DNA from: Candidatus Poribacteria bacterium
GTDB taxonomy: Bacteria > Poribacteria > WGA-4E > PCPOR2b
Reading direction: 5' to 3'
DNA length: 64,000 bases
NCBI GenBank assembly: GCA_965222805.1
Contig: CBDCUX010000005.1
Coordinates: 4,068,770-4,132,769, forward strand
Both the position numbers and the translations under genes were made by a program. Positions 28,739 to 38,807 of the stretch are shown piece after piece; the stretch's first letter is position 1; every line of letters begins with the position of its first letter. The notes beneath the pieces are model-generated. The model was not told the DNA's origin. It was given only the letters and a program-made list of their open reading frames with translations, and ran no database searches.

Positions 28739-29066
28739 CAAGAATGAACTCCTATCCAAAGTTTAACCCATTCTGAAAAATATCAGAAAGAGTAACATGC
28801 TTTGTAAAATTTACTTTTAAGAACAGATGTATTAATCCCAGTACATTGTGACTGTTGGATTAAATTCTCAGGCAATATAGGCAGCCTCATCGTGTGGCGT
28901 GTGGTGCGGTAACAGTTTATACCAATTTTTACCGATGATGGCTTACCGCATCCGAAGGTTCTGATACCTGTCATTTTAGTCGCCCTGCACTGCACCTGTT
29001 AGAATCGTGCTATGCTATCATATCTTTACTAGGAGGTCTACAAAAAAATGGATTTATCAATTTTCG

Positions 29067-29095
29067 TTGACTTTTCATAAGAATATGGTTACAAT
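29067..29095 (+). promoter_or_regulatory. Sigma70-like promoter: TTGACT, 17-nt spacer, TACAAT
   Basis: -35 at 29067-29072 and -10 at 29090-29095 with exact 17-nt spacing, upstream of the lipoprotein gene. Confidence 0.35.
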
Positions 29096-29225
29096 GGTTA
29101 ATATGGCATGTCCTCAGAATTGGCTTGTCAGCAGAATTGTGGGCGTAATTTTTCTGGGGATGAGAAGCTTTCAGGGACCGTAACGCGCTGTGCGCTAACA
29201 ATATGGTCGTAGTAAGGAGAAACCA

Positions 29226-29831
29226 ATGAAACAGCAGTTTACAACTTACTTAATCTGTGTGCTATTTGTAGTAGGCTTCATCGCTTGTGGAGGGGATTCG
29301 GACGATGATACGGCTCAGCAGCCCACACAGCCATCGCCATCAAGCGGTGGCGGTGAAGTCATACAACTTGAGGTTGATTATGAAGCGGAAGATGCAGCAA
29401 TTCGAGAAATTTTTACCCTATATGCCGAAGCGATCGAAACAGAAGACTCTAAGCAATTTATGGCGCATTGGTTGAAAAGCGAGAGCGATGATGTCTTTGT
29501 CACTTGGGATTTTTGGGCAGGAGCATTTGCGAAACACATTGGCTGGAAAACAATTGAACAGGCATGGTTAGGTATTTTCCAGTTGCGCAGAGGCAAAATG
29601 ACCGTTGAATTCGACAGTGTCGCAATCGATACAATCGGCAAAACCGCCACGTTACGCGGCCGTTATCAATGGGCAGTCGGCGGGGGTCTGATTGCATTAA
29701 TGAAGAAGGATCGCGAAGAGGGGTGGAAAATTAAGCAGGTTGATTACACAAATGGAAAGTTTGGGAAACAGGTCGATGAACTCAAGGATCCTGCCTACGT
29801 GAATCCTCCACTCGAGGAAGAGCAGGAATAA
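29226..29831 (+). CDS. Lipoprotein, possibly with an NTF2-like/SnoaL-like fold
   Basis: Lipobox FIAC at the end of the signal peptide, followed by a D/S-rich linker. The body AIREIFTLYAEAIETEDSKQFMAHWL...WKIKQVDYTN is suggestive of an NTF2-like fold (weak). Confidence 0.45.
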   Translation: MKQQFTTYLICVLFVVGFIACGGDSDDDTAQQPTQPSPSSGGGEVIQLEVDYEAEDAAIREIFTLYAEAIETEDSKQFMAHWLKSESDDVFVTWDFWAGAFAKHIGWKTIEQAWLGIFQLRRGKMTVEFDSVAIDTIGKTATLRGRYQWAVGGGLIALMKKDREEGWKIKQVDYTNGKFGKQVDELKDPAYVNPPLEEEQE

Positions 29832-29926
29832 ACAGCGGTTGAGTTGCCTATGGATTAGAGGCGGTTAAGGTTGACTTCCCCTGCAGGGGAAGCCGACCTA
29901 CTTCCGGCGCATTCCCAGCAAAGATA

Positions 29927-30505
29927 TCAGATAACAATAAGATGAAATCCGATGCCAGCGATACCTGCGCCTGCGTATCGCAACAACCCTGCCCCTTGCC
30001 TGAATCTTTCCGCAACAATCCCAATCAAAACACCGGCAATATGAATACCGGCTGTTCCGACAACAAATCCGCCAGCGTAAAACAGGGGCTTAGAGAAATA
30101 TGGCATCTCAGTTCCATGCGCATGACCGTGAAATATAGCAAAGAACCCCACAAACACCATAGCTAACCGTGGAGAAAGTTTCTTATCTGCTGCAATTGCT
30201 ATACCTAGCGCTAACACAGAAAGCGCTATACCCAATTCAACTGAAAATATTGGTATACCATTTATTCCAAGAATTCCACCGCCGAGCATAACAAGCACAA
30301 AAGTTAATGGCACCCTCCATATAGCTTGCCCTCCCATCTGTGCACTCAAGATCCCTACGCTTAATATTGCGAGAAGATGATCAAATCCAAGAACCGGGTG
30401 CGTCAGTCCAGACATGAATCCGCCACCGCCAGGCACTTCGTGTGCGTAGGATATGCTCGGAAAAAACGATACAACTCCCAGTATTGATAGAACGATTTTT
30501 CTCAT
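29927..30505 (-). CDS. HupE/UreJ family membrane protein (Ni/Co uptake accessory)
   Basis: Signal peptide, then HEVPGGGGFMSGLTHPVLGFDHLLAILSVG, matching the HupE/UreJ signature (H....G...G..HP..G.DHLLAM). Six TM segments. Confidence 0.8.
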   Translation of the reverse strand: MRKIVLSILGVVSFFPSISYAHEVPGGGGFMSGLTHPVLGFDHLLAILSVGILSAQMGGQAIWRVPLTFVLVMLGGGILGINGIPIFSVELGIALSVLALGIAIAADKKLSPRLAMVFVGFFAIFHGHAHGTEMPYFSKPLFYAGGFVVGTAGIHIAGVLIGIVAERFRQGAGLLRYAGAGIAGIGFHLIVI

Positions 30506-30796
30506 CAGTTTTCCTTTCCTACCATTGCTTCTTGTTTATACGGAGCTTTAGCAATAGGATTTATTAGAATCTCAAAAGGACGCTGTCGTAGATACTGCTG
30601 CAGGAGTCCCTGATTGCAGATCTCACTTCTATTCCTGAGCGATTGTCGATATTATACTATGCTGTGAATGAAGTCTCGACACTTTTATGCTAATTTCCCT
30701 GCATCAGGTTAATGCTTACGAAATAGTTGATCCACAGGTCTATATGGATTATTCCAATGCGATAGAGTTAGGACGGGCCGTATGTAATATTAACAG

Positions 30797-31954
30797 CTAC
30801 GCGTTAGTCACCGATCCATCGCGTCGACGGAGGAAAGGTCCCTGCCCAATCACCATAGGATTGGCAAGTGCCACCTCCTCATTGAACTCGACCCCAAGTC
30901 CCGGCAATTCGGGAACTGGAAAGCGCGAACCTTCAGGTTGTGGTTGGACGGGAAATAGGTCAGCATCATAGCGACCGGTCTGCTCGGTCGGCGATTCCCT
31001 TATCTCTAGCCACGCAAAGTTGGGTACTGCTGCCGCCAAGTGAATCGTCGCCGCGGTACAAATTGTTCCCAAAGGGTTATGTGGCATGAGGTCGATGTAG
31101 TGAGATTCCGCCAAACTAGCGACCTTCATTGCTTCGGTTAAGCCGCCGACATTGCAGACATCGAGCCGAACGAAATTGGTGATACCACGTTCAATATAAG
31201 GAAGAAACCCCCACTTACTCGAAATTTCCTCCCCAATTGCGAAGGGCACATCCACCATCGTTCGCAGCGATTCATACGTCTCCGGCGTCTCATCGCGGAT
31301 TGGCTCCTCCAAAAAGTCAAGCGTTCCGGGAGGCATCCGATGACAGAAAGAAGCGGCTTCCGCAACGCTGAGGCGGTGGTGATAGTCAACACCGAGAACA
31401 GGCTCAGGACCAATAGCCTCGCGCAACTGTGTCAGCCACGTCGCCGTCAGCGCGATTGACTCGCGTGGCTCGAAGATATCTCCATTGGGTCCCTGCGCTC
31501 CTCGTGCTATCCATGTCCGGATGACATTCCACCCATTCTCGATTAGCAAATTGGCATCCGCGATCAGCTGCTCCGCCGATTGAGCGTGCGTCGTCGCAAA
31601 GCAGGGGACGTAATCCCGCTGTTTCCCACCAAGCAACTGATAGACGGGAACCCCCAAGGCTTTACCGGCAATGTCATGAAGCGCGATGTCAATCGCAGCG
31701 ATCGCAGCGGTGAGGATACGTCCGCCCTCAAAATACTGGCTCCGATACATCTCCTGCCACAATGCACCGATACGCATCGGGTCTTGACCGATCAGAAATT
31801 CACGATAATGTTGAACCGCACCAACCACAGCCAAAGCGCGGCTCGGTATGCCTGCCTCACCCACCCCATAAATGCCCACATCGGTCTCCACTTTCACCAC
31901 CAGTTGGGTGCCGCCCACCTGCACCGGGAACGCCTTAATATCAGTAATCTTCAT
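30797..31954 (-). CDS. Enolase-superfamily acid-sugar dehydratase (D-galactonate/D-mannonate dehydratase DgoD/ManD-like)
   Basis: N-terminus MKITDIKAFPV...VKVETDVGIYGVGEA...AAIDIALHDIAGKALGVPVYQLLGG is highly similar to the ManD/DgoD family. Metal-ligand D/E/D positions lie in the barrel. ATG at 31954. Confidence 0.75.
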   Translation of the reverse strand: MKITDIKAFPVQVGGTQLVVKVETDVGIYGVGEAGIPSRALAVVGAVQHYREFLIGQDPMRIGALWQEMYRSQYFEGGRILTAAIAAIDIALHDIAGKALGVPVYQLLGGKQRDYVPCFATTHAQSAEQLIADANLLIENGWNVIRTWIARGAQGPNGDIFEPRESIALTATWLTQLREAIGPEPVLGVDYHHRLSVAEAASFCHRMPPGTLDFLEEPIRDETPETYESLRTMVDVPFAIGEEISSKWGFLPYIERGITNFVRLDVCNVGGLTEAMKVASLAESHYIDLMPHNPLGTICTAATIHLAAAVPNFAWLEIRESPTEQTGRYDADLFPVQPQPEGSRFPVPELPGLGVEFNEEVALANPMVIGQGPFLRRRDGSVTNA

Positions 31955-32102
31955 CAAATTACCTCCCGTATAATTTGGATATTTCGATTGACTCAGTTTA
32001 TTCATCGTGGTATATTCTTATTGTATCTGGTTTCTATAATTTGCTCAACACAATTATTCGGCGTCAACCTGTGTTATTATCAAAAAAGGAAGGTGACTCA
32101 CG

Positions 32103-32891
32103 ATGACCGAAAATGTGCGGAGAATTGAGGCTGCGAAAGGTTGCTCACGACACCCCCAATCCCATTGGAGTATGGAGCAAATAGTGTGCCATCCATCCCT
32201 GCAAGTTACCCTGTTCGCTCTGATAATGTGTTTGCTTGCTGCTTTATGGGGGTGTTCGGATTATCAGAGCGGTGAGGCTGCTTATAAACGAGGAGACTAC
32301 AAAACCGCACTAAAGAAATTGCGACCACTCGCCGAGAAAGGTAACTCCAAAGCCCAGTTTCGGCTTGGCTGGATGTATGGCCATGGTGAGGGCGTTATTC
32401 AAAACGATGAAGAGGCAGTCGAATGGTATCGAAAAGCTGCCCAACAAGATCATGTTATAGCCCAGTTTAACCTCGGCGCTAGGTATGCAACCGGCGAAGG
32501 CGTTGTTCAGAACAATGAAGAGGCAATCAAATGGTATGAAAAAGCCATTGAACTAGGTCCTGCTGGAGACCAGGCTATCCTCGGCCTCAGATATGTAAAT
32601 GGTGCGGGCGTCGCTCAGGACTATGGCAAAGCACTCAAGTGTTTTCGCAAGGCTGTCGAGGGTGGCAATACCATAGCCCAACTTTACCTTGGCTCGATGT
32701 GCGAATCTGGCACGGGTGTCGATCAAAATTACGTTACGGCGTATATGTGGTATCATCGCGCTGGCACACTAGGTATTGAGGGAGCTCACGAAGAACGTGA
32801 TAAAATCACTGAAAAGATGACCATCGCTCAACTTCGTGAAGCCCAGCGTTTAGCGCGAGAATGGAAGCAACGCATAGATAACGCGAAGTAG
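32103..32891 (+). CDS. Secreted Sel1-repeat protein (about 5 repeats)
   Basis: Repeated A.AQF.LG.MY..G.GV.Q....A..WY.KAA units. N-terminal hydrophobic signal anchor. Confidence 0.85.
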   Translation: MTENVRRIEAAKGCSRHPQSHWSMEQIVCHPSLQVTLFALIMCLLAALWGCSDYQSGEAAYKRGDYKTALKKLRPLAEKGNSKAQFRLGWMYGHGEGVIQNDEEAVEWYRKAAQQDHVIAQFNLGARYATGEGVVQNNEEAIKWYEKAIELGPAGDQAILGLRYVNGAGVAQDYGKALKCFRKAVEGGNTIAQLYLGSMCESGTGVDQNYVTAYMWYHRAGTLGIEGAHEERDKITEKMTIAQLREAQRLAREWKQRIDNAK

Positions 32892-32985
32892 TCGAGTCAG
32901 TAAAAACAGTATCGTAGTCAACGCTAAACAATTTGCATTTGATACAGCCATCAGTCCTATATTGACACGAGAAAGGAAATTCACT

Positions 32986-34437
32986 ATGCTGCGAGTTACC
33001 TTTTCTGTTTTGATGTTGTGTCTGCTTACCGCTGCGTTCGTGTGGGCGGACTATCAGGAAGGTGTGGAGGCTTATGAACGAGGTGACTACGAAACCGCAC
33101 TACAAGAATTCCAACCGCTTGCCGAGGGCGGAGATCCCAAGGCTCAGTTTTATCTTGGACGGATGTATGCAAGGGGCAACGGCGTCCCCCAAGACGACGA
33201 AGAGGCAGCCAAATTATACAGAGAAGCCGCCGAGGACGGCGATACCATAGCCCAATTTGTTCTTGGGATCTGGTATGAAGATGGTAGAGGCGTTCCTAAA
33301 GACAAGGGGGAGGCAGCCAAATGGTACTATAAAGCCGCTCAACAAGGTTCTGATCTGGCACGGTATAAACTGAGCCGGATGTTTCCCACTAGCATGGACA
33401 TCCTTCAGAGCGACGAGGAGAAGACCGATTTATACAGAAAAGCCGCCGAACACGGCTACCCCAAAGCACAATTTCCGCTTGGTATGATGTATCAATACGG
33501 CTGGGGTGTCCCTCAAGACGATAAGGGGGCGATCAAGTGGTATCACAAGGCTGCCGAAAACGGCGATCCTTTTGCTCAGTTTGAGCTCAGCCTGAGATAT
33601 GAATATGGCTGGGGTGTCCCCCAAGACTACAAAGAGAATGCAAAATGGTACAACAAAGCCGCTCAACAATTTCATACCCTGGCCGGGTATAAACAATTTG
33701 GCTGGATGCCCCGCAGTTACGAGGAGGTTGCTCAGGAGATTGAGGGAATAATCAAGTGGTATCGAACGACTGCCGAGCACGGTTATACCAAAATACAATT
33801 CCGCCTTGCCAAGCTGTATGAATACGGTTGGGGTGTTCCTCAAGACGACCAAAAGGCGAGCAGATGGTATCACGCAGCCGCAAAACATGGCGACGTAGAT
33901 GCTCTGTTTGAACTCGTTTTGAGGCATGAACATGGTAGGAGTGTTCCTTGGAACAACGAAGAGGCAATCGAACGGTACAGCAAATCTGCCCAACAAAGCT
34001 TTGCCTCAGCACAGTACCGCCTTGGCTGGGCGTATTACAAAGGCGAAGGGGTTCCTCAGGATTATGGGGAGGCAGTCAAATGGTATAGGAAGGCTGCCGA
34101 ACAGGACCATGTCGGTGCCCAATATGCGCTTGGCTGGGCGTATTACAAAGGCGAAGGGGTACCTCAGGACTATGGGGAGGCAGTCAAGTGGTATCGAAAA
34201 GCCGCTGAAAAAGGCGATAGCAGTTCCCAGTACCGTCTCGGCGTGATGTATGAAAATGGCGAGGGAGTTGCTCAAGATTATGTAGCCTCCTATGTATGGT
34301 ATCATCTCGCCTCCCAAACATGTGGGCTTGAATCTGCTCGCAAGCAACGCGATAGAATCGCCGAAAAGATGACCAACGCCCAAATTGCTGAAGCCAAGCG
34401 TTTAGCGCGTGAATGGAAGCCGACGAGGGAAGACTAA
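32986..34437 (+). CDS. Secreted Sel1-repeat protein (about 11 repeats)
   Basis: Same Sel1 repeat architecture as the upstream gene. The C-terminal tail KMTNAQIAEAKRLAREWK matches KMTIAQLREAQRLAREWK in the neighbour. ATG 32986 has an AAAGGA RBS. Confidence 0.85.
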   Translation: MLRVTFSVLMLCLLTAAFVWADYQEGVEAYERGDYETALQEFQPLAEGGDPKAQFYLGRMYARGNGVPQDDEEAAKLYREAAEDGDTIAQFVLGIWYEDGRGVPKDKGEAAKWYYKAAQQGSDLARYKLSRMFPTSMDILQSDEEKTDLYRKAAEHGYPKAQFPLGMMYQYGWGVPQDDKGAIKWYHKAAENGDPFAQFELSLRYEYGWGVPQDYKENAKWYNKAAQQFHTLAGYKQFGWMPRSYEEVAQEIEGIIKWYRTTAEHGYTKIQFRLAKLYEYGWGVPQDDQKASRWYHAAAKHGDVDALFELVLRHEHGRSVPWNNEEAIERYSKSAQQSFASAQYRLGWAYYKGEGVPQDYGEAVKWYRKAAEQDHVGAQYALGWAYYKGEGVPQDYGEAVKWYRKAAEKGDSSSQYRLGVMYENGEGVAQDYVASYVWYHLASQTCGLESARKQRDRIAEKMTNAQIAEAKRLAREWKPTRED

Positions 34438-34474
34438 CGGATAAACGCTAGCACGGAATAGAAAGGAAGATCCA

Positions 34475-35461
34475 ATGAAACGAGTCGCCAAGCCAGAGGG
34501 AAAATTTAACGTTGTTATCGAAGACGCGCCGATGCCTGAGCCCGGTCCCGGCGAGGTCCGTGTCAAAGCTATGCGGAGTCTTATCAGTCGAGGTTCCGAG
34601 ATGGGAGGACGGTATACCCGCGAATATGCGGTCAACCCCGAAAGCATGGGGTACTCACTTGCAGGAATTGTCGACGCTGTCGGTGATGGAGTCGACCACT
34701 ACGCCGTCGGTGACCGGGTTGTTGCTTCAGCACCTCACGCACAATACACGGTCCGTCCTGTCGGTTTGAGATCACCCCAAGACCAAGCACAAGTCGTCCC
34801 CATGTTACCATCGGTGAATTTCGACCAAGCACCTTACTATCCGCTGACCTCCGGTGCTGTGTCTTGGATAGACATTGAGGACATCCAGCCTTACGATACG
34901 GTTGTCATCATTGGGCAGGGGTTGGTCGGCAGCCTCCTAATGCAGGTTGCAAAAGCCAATGGACGCGGACGCATCATCACAGTGGACGCACTTGATAGCC
35001 GGTGCGCACTATCCGAGGAGTTGGGGGCAGACACAGTCATCAACGCCAGCGATGAAGATCCCGTCCGAGCTGTACGAAAACTCACCAATGGGGTCGGTGC
35101 GAACATTGTGGCTTATGCTGTCGGAGGACCAGCGGGACCGAAAGCCTTCGATCAAGGCTTGGATATGGTGGCGGTCGGTGGGTTGCTGCATCTGATCGGT
35201 CTGTATGAGCATCAACCGTTGCCGCTCATGTCGAGCAAGATTCAGGGAAGGAGACTACTGGGCGGCTACTATGGCCAAGTCGTTCCCGCCGGAGTTTCAC
35301 TGCGAGCGATGCAGCTACTCGGTTCAGGCGTCATCCAAACAGAGAGAATGACGACCCACTGTTTCCCTTATACCGAAGCCGCCGCCGCGTTTGACCTGCT
35401 CTACGCCCGAATGAATGAGGCGTTGGGTGTGCTGCTTGACTGGGAAGTGCCGGACGCTTGA
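34475..35461 (+). CDS. Medium-chain dehydrogenase/reductase (alcohol dehydrogenase GroES-like plus Rossmann domain)
   Basis: 328 aa. GroES-like N-domain (GEVRVK...), nucleotide-binding VIIGQGLVGSLLMQVAKANG. Lacks the full Zn-ligand set, so it may be a Zn-independent MDR. Confidence 0.7.
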   Translation: MKRVAKPEGKFNVVIEDAPMPEPGPGEVRVKAMRSLISRGSEMGGRYTREYAVNPESMGYSLAGIVDAVGDGVDHYAVGDRVVASAPHAQYTVRPVGLRSPQDQAQVVPMLPSVNFDQAPYYPLTSGAVSWIDIEDIQPYDTVVIIGQGLVGSLLMQVAKANGRGRIITVDALDSRCALSEELGADTVINASDEDPVRAVRKLTNGVGANIVAYAVGGPAGPKAFDQGLDMVAVGGLLHLIGLYEHQPLPLMSSKIQGRRLLGGYYGQVVPAGVSLRAMQLLGSGVIQTERMTTHCFPYTEAAAAFDLLYARMNEALGVLLDWEVPDA

Positions 35462-35621
35462 TTGTTCCCAAGAACTCTATAAGCTATAAGTTTCTACGCG
35501 CTGCTCGGCTTGGGTAGACAGATCCAAGCCATCTTTGTGTGCATGCAATGGACTTGTCAATCCATGAGTTGCCTAACGGGATTGTAACGATTGCTAATTC
35601 TTGGAAAAAGGAGAGATACCT

Positions 35622-37358
35622 ATGCCAAACAGTCACCGCCCCTCAATACGAGGAAAACGTTATCTTGTCTCATCGCTTCACTATCTCGCAACGATGGCGG
35701 GGGTTCGCATCCTCGAAAGTGGAGGTAACGCTGCCGACGCCGGTGTAGCAACTGGAATCTGTATCAACGTCCTGCAGCCCGGATCCGCACACTTTGGAGG
35801 TGTTGCACCGATTATCTACTGCCCCGCGTCAGGAGAGCCCGTTGAAACGGTTAGCGGACTCGGAAGGTGGCCCAAAGCTGCAACGATGGACTACTTCCAC
35901 GAAAATCACGACGGCGATCTGCCCGCTGGAATCCTGCGCACGGTCATGCCCGCAGCACCCGATGGGTGGCTGACAGCACTTGCGCGATTCGGCACAATGA
36001 CGTTTGAAGAGGTGATCCAACCCGCCTTAGACCTAGTCGAAAACGGGAGGCCCGTGGATGATCAGTTTTACGGACTTGTGAGTGGGGATGGCGTCAGAAG
36101 TTCTCCCTCAACCGCGGAAGTGTACAACCCCGGTGGACAGGTGCCGCAAATTGGAGAAATCTTCGTCCAGAAAGACCTCGCGCAAACCTTTAAGCGGATG
36201 ATCGAAGCTGAGCGCAAAGCCAGCGGAAACCGACACGCCGGCCTCCGTGCAGCACGTGACCTGATCTATAAGGGCGAAATCGCCCACGAAATTGCCGATT
36301 TCTATCGGGCAGAGGGCGGTCTGCTGACCTACGAGGATTTGGCATCGTTTTCGGTGCGCGTTGAGCCACCGGAGCATATCAACTACAAAGGCTATGACGT
36401 TTACACTTGCGGTCCTTGGTGCCAAGGTCCCACGTTAAATATGGCACTGAAAATCCTCGAAGGGTTTAATCTAAAGGCGATTGGGCATAACACCGCGGAC
36501 TATCTCCACACTGTGGTTGAATCCCTCAAACTTGCTTTTGCAGACCGGCATGCGTACTTCGGCGATCCCGATTTTGTGCAGGTGCCGATGGCGGGATTGC
36601 TAGACGGAAGATATGCCGCTGAAAGACGAGCCGCAATCGACCCACAGCGCGCCACTCCCGATATGCCGCCTCCCGGCAATCCATGGCACTTCCATCCCGA
36701 ACCCCGCCGCGAAAATGGACCGTTCCCAACCTTGGATCCGGATCGTCCCCAACCGGAATACACATCAGAATGGGAGACGGATACCAGCTACATCTGCGTG
36801 GTTGATGAAGCGGGCAACGCCTTTTCAGCGACGCCATCGGATGGTGTTGGGGGGACGCCAGTCGTTCCGGGCTTAGGCTTCCCAATCTCATCCCGTGGCA
36901 CACAGACTTGGCTCGATCCGGAGCATCCGTGTTGTCTGCAGCCGTGGAAGCGTCCACGACTCACGCCGAACCCCGCGCTAGCTCTCAAAGATGGAAAACC
37001 GTTCATGCCCTTCGGCTGCCCCGGCGGCGATGCACAGATTCAAGGGATGCTACAGGTCTTTCTCAATACTGTTGAATTTGGGATGGAGCCACAAGAGGCG
37101 ATCGAGGCACCTCGCGCTGTCACGCACAGCTTTCCCAATTCGTTCTGGCCCCATGGCATTCAGCCCGGCGAAGTAACCGTTGAGGCGCGTGTCGATGCGG
37201 GGGTACGAGAGGTTTTAAGAGAGCGAGGACATATCGTCCACGATAACCAAGATTGGGGAGCGGTCAGTTGTGTCTGTGCCATCACGGTCGATCCCGATAC
37301 CGGCGTCCGTGCCGGTGGCGCGGATCCAAGATCAACATCGTATGCAATCGGATGGTAG
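35622..37358 (+). CDS. ggt: Gamma-glutamyltranspeptidase
   Basis: GGT family layout with the autoprocessing/nucleophile Thr in TDTSYICVVDEAGNAFSATPS and the C-terminal GG motif. ATG 35622 with an AAAGGAG RBS. Confidence 0.85.
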   Translation: MPNSHRPSIRGKRYLVSSLHYLATMAGVRILESGGNAADAGVATGICINVLQPGSAHFGGVAPIIYCPASGEPVETVSGLGRWPKAATMDYFHENHDGDLPAGILRTVMPAAPDGWLTALARFGTMTFEEVIQPALDLVENGRPVDDQFYGLVSGDGVRSSPSTAEVYNPGGQVPQIGEIFVQKDLAQTFKRMIEAERKASGNRHAGLRAARDLIYKGEIAHEIADFYRAEGGLLTYEDLASFSVRVEPPEHINYKGYDVYTCGPWCQGPTLNMALKILEGFNLKAIGHNTADYLHTVVESLKLAFADRHAYFGDPDFVQVPMAGLLDGRYAAERRAAIDPQRATPDMPPPGNPWHFHPEPRRENGPFPTLDPDRPQPEYTSEWETDTSYICVVDEAGNAFSATPSDGVGGTPVVPGLGFPISSRGTQTWLDPEHPCCLQPWKRPRLTPNPALALKDGKPFMPFGCPGGDAQIQGMLQVFLNTVEFGMEPQEAIEAPRAVTHSFPNSFWPHGIQPGEVTVEARVDAGVREVLRERGHIVHDNQDWGAVSCVCAITVDPDTGVRAGGADPRSTSYAIGW

Positions 37359-37361
37359 GAG

Positions 37362-38807
37362 ATGTCAAATACTTTAAACCGTAAACAGGCTATCGTCATC
37401 GGCGGCGGTATCGCCGGACTGACGACATGCTACCGCATGGTTACTGAATCAGCCAAGCGTGGCATCCCCCTCGATGTGAAACTACTCGAAGCCGGAGACC
37501 GTGTCGGGGGGGCAATCCATACGTCCAAACAGGACGGCTTTGTCATCGAACACGGTCCCGATGTCTTCCTATCCACAAAGCCGTGGGCAAAAGCCTTATC
37601 CGAAGAGTTGGGCATCGCCGACCAATTCCTCAGTACAAATTCGAGGGAGCGACGCAGTTTCGTCCTACGCAAAGGCAAGCTGTATCCTGTCCCCGATGGC
37701 TTCTACCTAATGGCACCTGCTTCTTTCTTGCCCTTCGTGAAGACACCGATCTTCAGTTGGCACGGAAAACTGCGGATGGCATTAGATTGGATTATACCCC
37801 GCCGCCGAAACGATGCCGACGAATCGCTGGAAGGTTTCATCAGGCGCCGGCTGGGAAAGGAAGCGTTCACACGGATAGCACAGCCGATGATAGGTGGCAT
37901 CTACACCGCGGATGGGAAAGAACTAAGCCTCAAAGCGACGATGCCGCAATTCCTTGAGATGGAACAGAAGCATGGCAGCATCATCAAAGCCCTAATTGCT
38001 CGGAAGAAAGAATCCCAAGGCGGGGCTAGCGGTACAAGCGGTCCCCGCTACAGCCTGTTCCTCTCTTTCAAAGATGGGATGCAAACCCTGACAGATACCC
38101 TCGCGGAGTGTTTACCTGACGATTGCATACAGCTTGGAACAGAGGTCAGTCATCTGGACTACCAGAATCAAGAGGACAAATGGCATGTTCATCTGGCGAA
38201 TGGGGAACAGATGGAGGGCGATCTGGTCTGTGTTGCGCTCCCTGCACACCGTGCAGCAGGGTTGGTCAGAACAGCCGCTCCGAGCCTGTCAGAGTCTCTC
38301 GCCTCTATCCCTTATGCTTCCTCTGCCATTGTGAACCTGGCTTTCCGCCGATCGGATATTGAACACCCTCTCAACGGGATGGGATTTGTTGTGCCTGCCG
38401 CTGAGAACCGCTCGATTATCGGATGCACATTCAGCAGCGTCAAGCTTGCGGGCCGTGCGCCAGCGGATTATGCCCTATTACGGGCGTATGTGGGTGGAGC
38501 GGGAAGTAGGGGAGAGGCGTATTTCCGCCGATCGGAGTCGGAGATGGTCGAATCAGTTCTCGGAGAGCTGCGCGACTTGCTCGGACTTAGAGACGATCCT
38601 CAGTTGACCTTTGTGCACAAGCACGCAAACGCAATGGCGCAATATCATCTGGGACATCTGGATCTAGTGGCGGAAATCGAGGCGCAGGCGAAAACGCTGC
38701 CCGGCTTTGCACTCGCCGGAAACGCCTATCGCGGAATCGGCATCCCCGATTGCGTTAACAGTGGGGAGAAGGCGGCAGCTCTGCTTCTGGAGCAAGAATT
38801 AAAATGA
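37362..38807 (+). CDS. hemY: Protoporphyrinogen/coproporphyrinogen III oxidase (HemY/CgoX, FAD-dependent)
   Basis: FAD motif IVIGGGIAGL. MPQFLEMEQKHGS, LLRAYVGGAG and GNAYRGIGIPDCVNSGEKAA align closely with Bacillus HemY (TFPQFYQTEQKH, LLRAYVGKAG, GASFEGVGIPDCIDQGKAA). Confidence 0.85.
   Translation: MSNTLNRKQAIVIGGGIAGLTTCYRMVTESAKRGIPLDVKLLEAGDRVGGAIHTSKQDGFVIEHGPDVFLSTKPWAKALSEELGIADQFLSTNSRERRSFVLRKGKLYPVPDGFYLMAPASFLPFVKTPIFSWHGKLRMALDWIIPRRRNDADESLEGFIRRRLGKEAFTRIAQPMIGGIYTADGKELSLKATMPQFLEMEQKHGSIIKALIARKKESQGGASGTSGPRYSLFLSFKDGMQTLTDTLAECLPDDCIQLGTEVSHLDYQNQEDKWHVHLANGEQMEGDLVCVALPAHRAAGLVRTAAPSLSESLASIPYASSAIVNLAFRRSDIEHPLNGMGFVVPAAENRSIIGCTFSSVKLAGRAPADYALLRAYVGGAGSRGEAYFRRSESEMVESVLGELRDLLGLRDDPQLTFVHKHANAMAQYHLGHLDLVAEIEAQAKTLPGFALAGNAYRGIGIPDCVNSGEKAAALLLEQELK

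Noticed and set aside
36500-37400. Several antisense and alternate-frame ORFs (for example 36526-36957 and 37160-37399) inside ggt and hemY
   Set aside because: They are GC-rich frame artefacts inside genes with strong full-length homology to GGT and HemY
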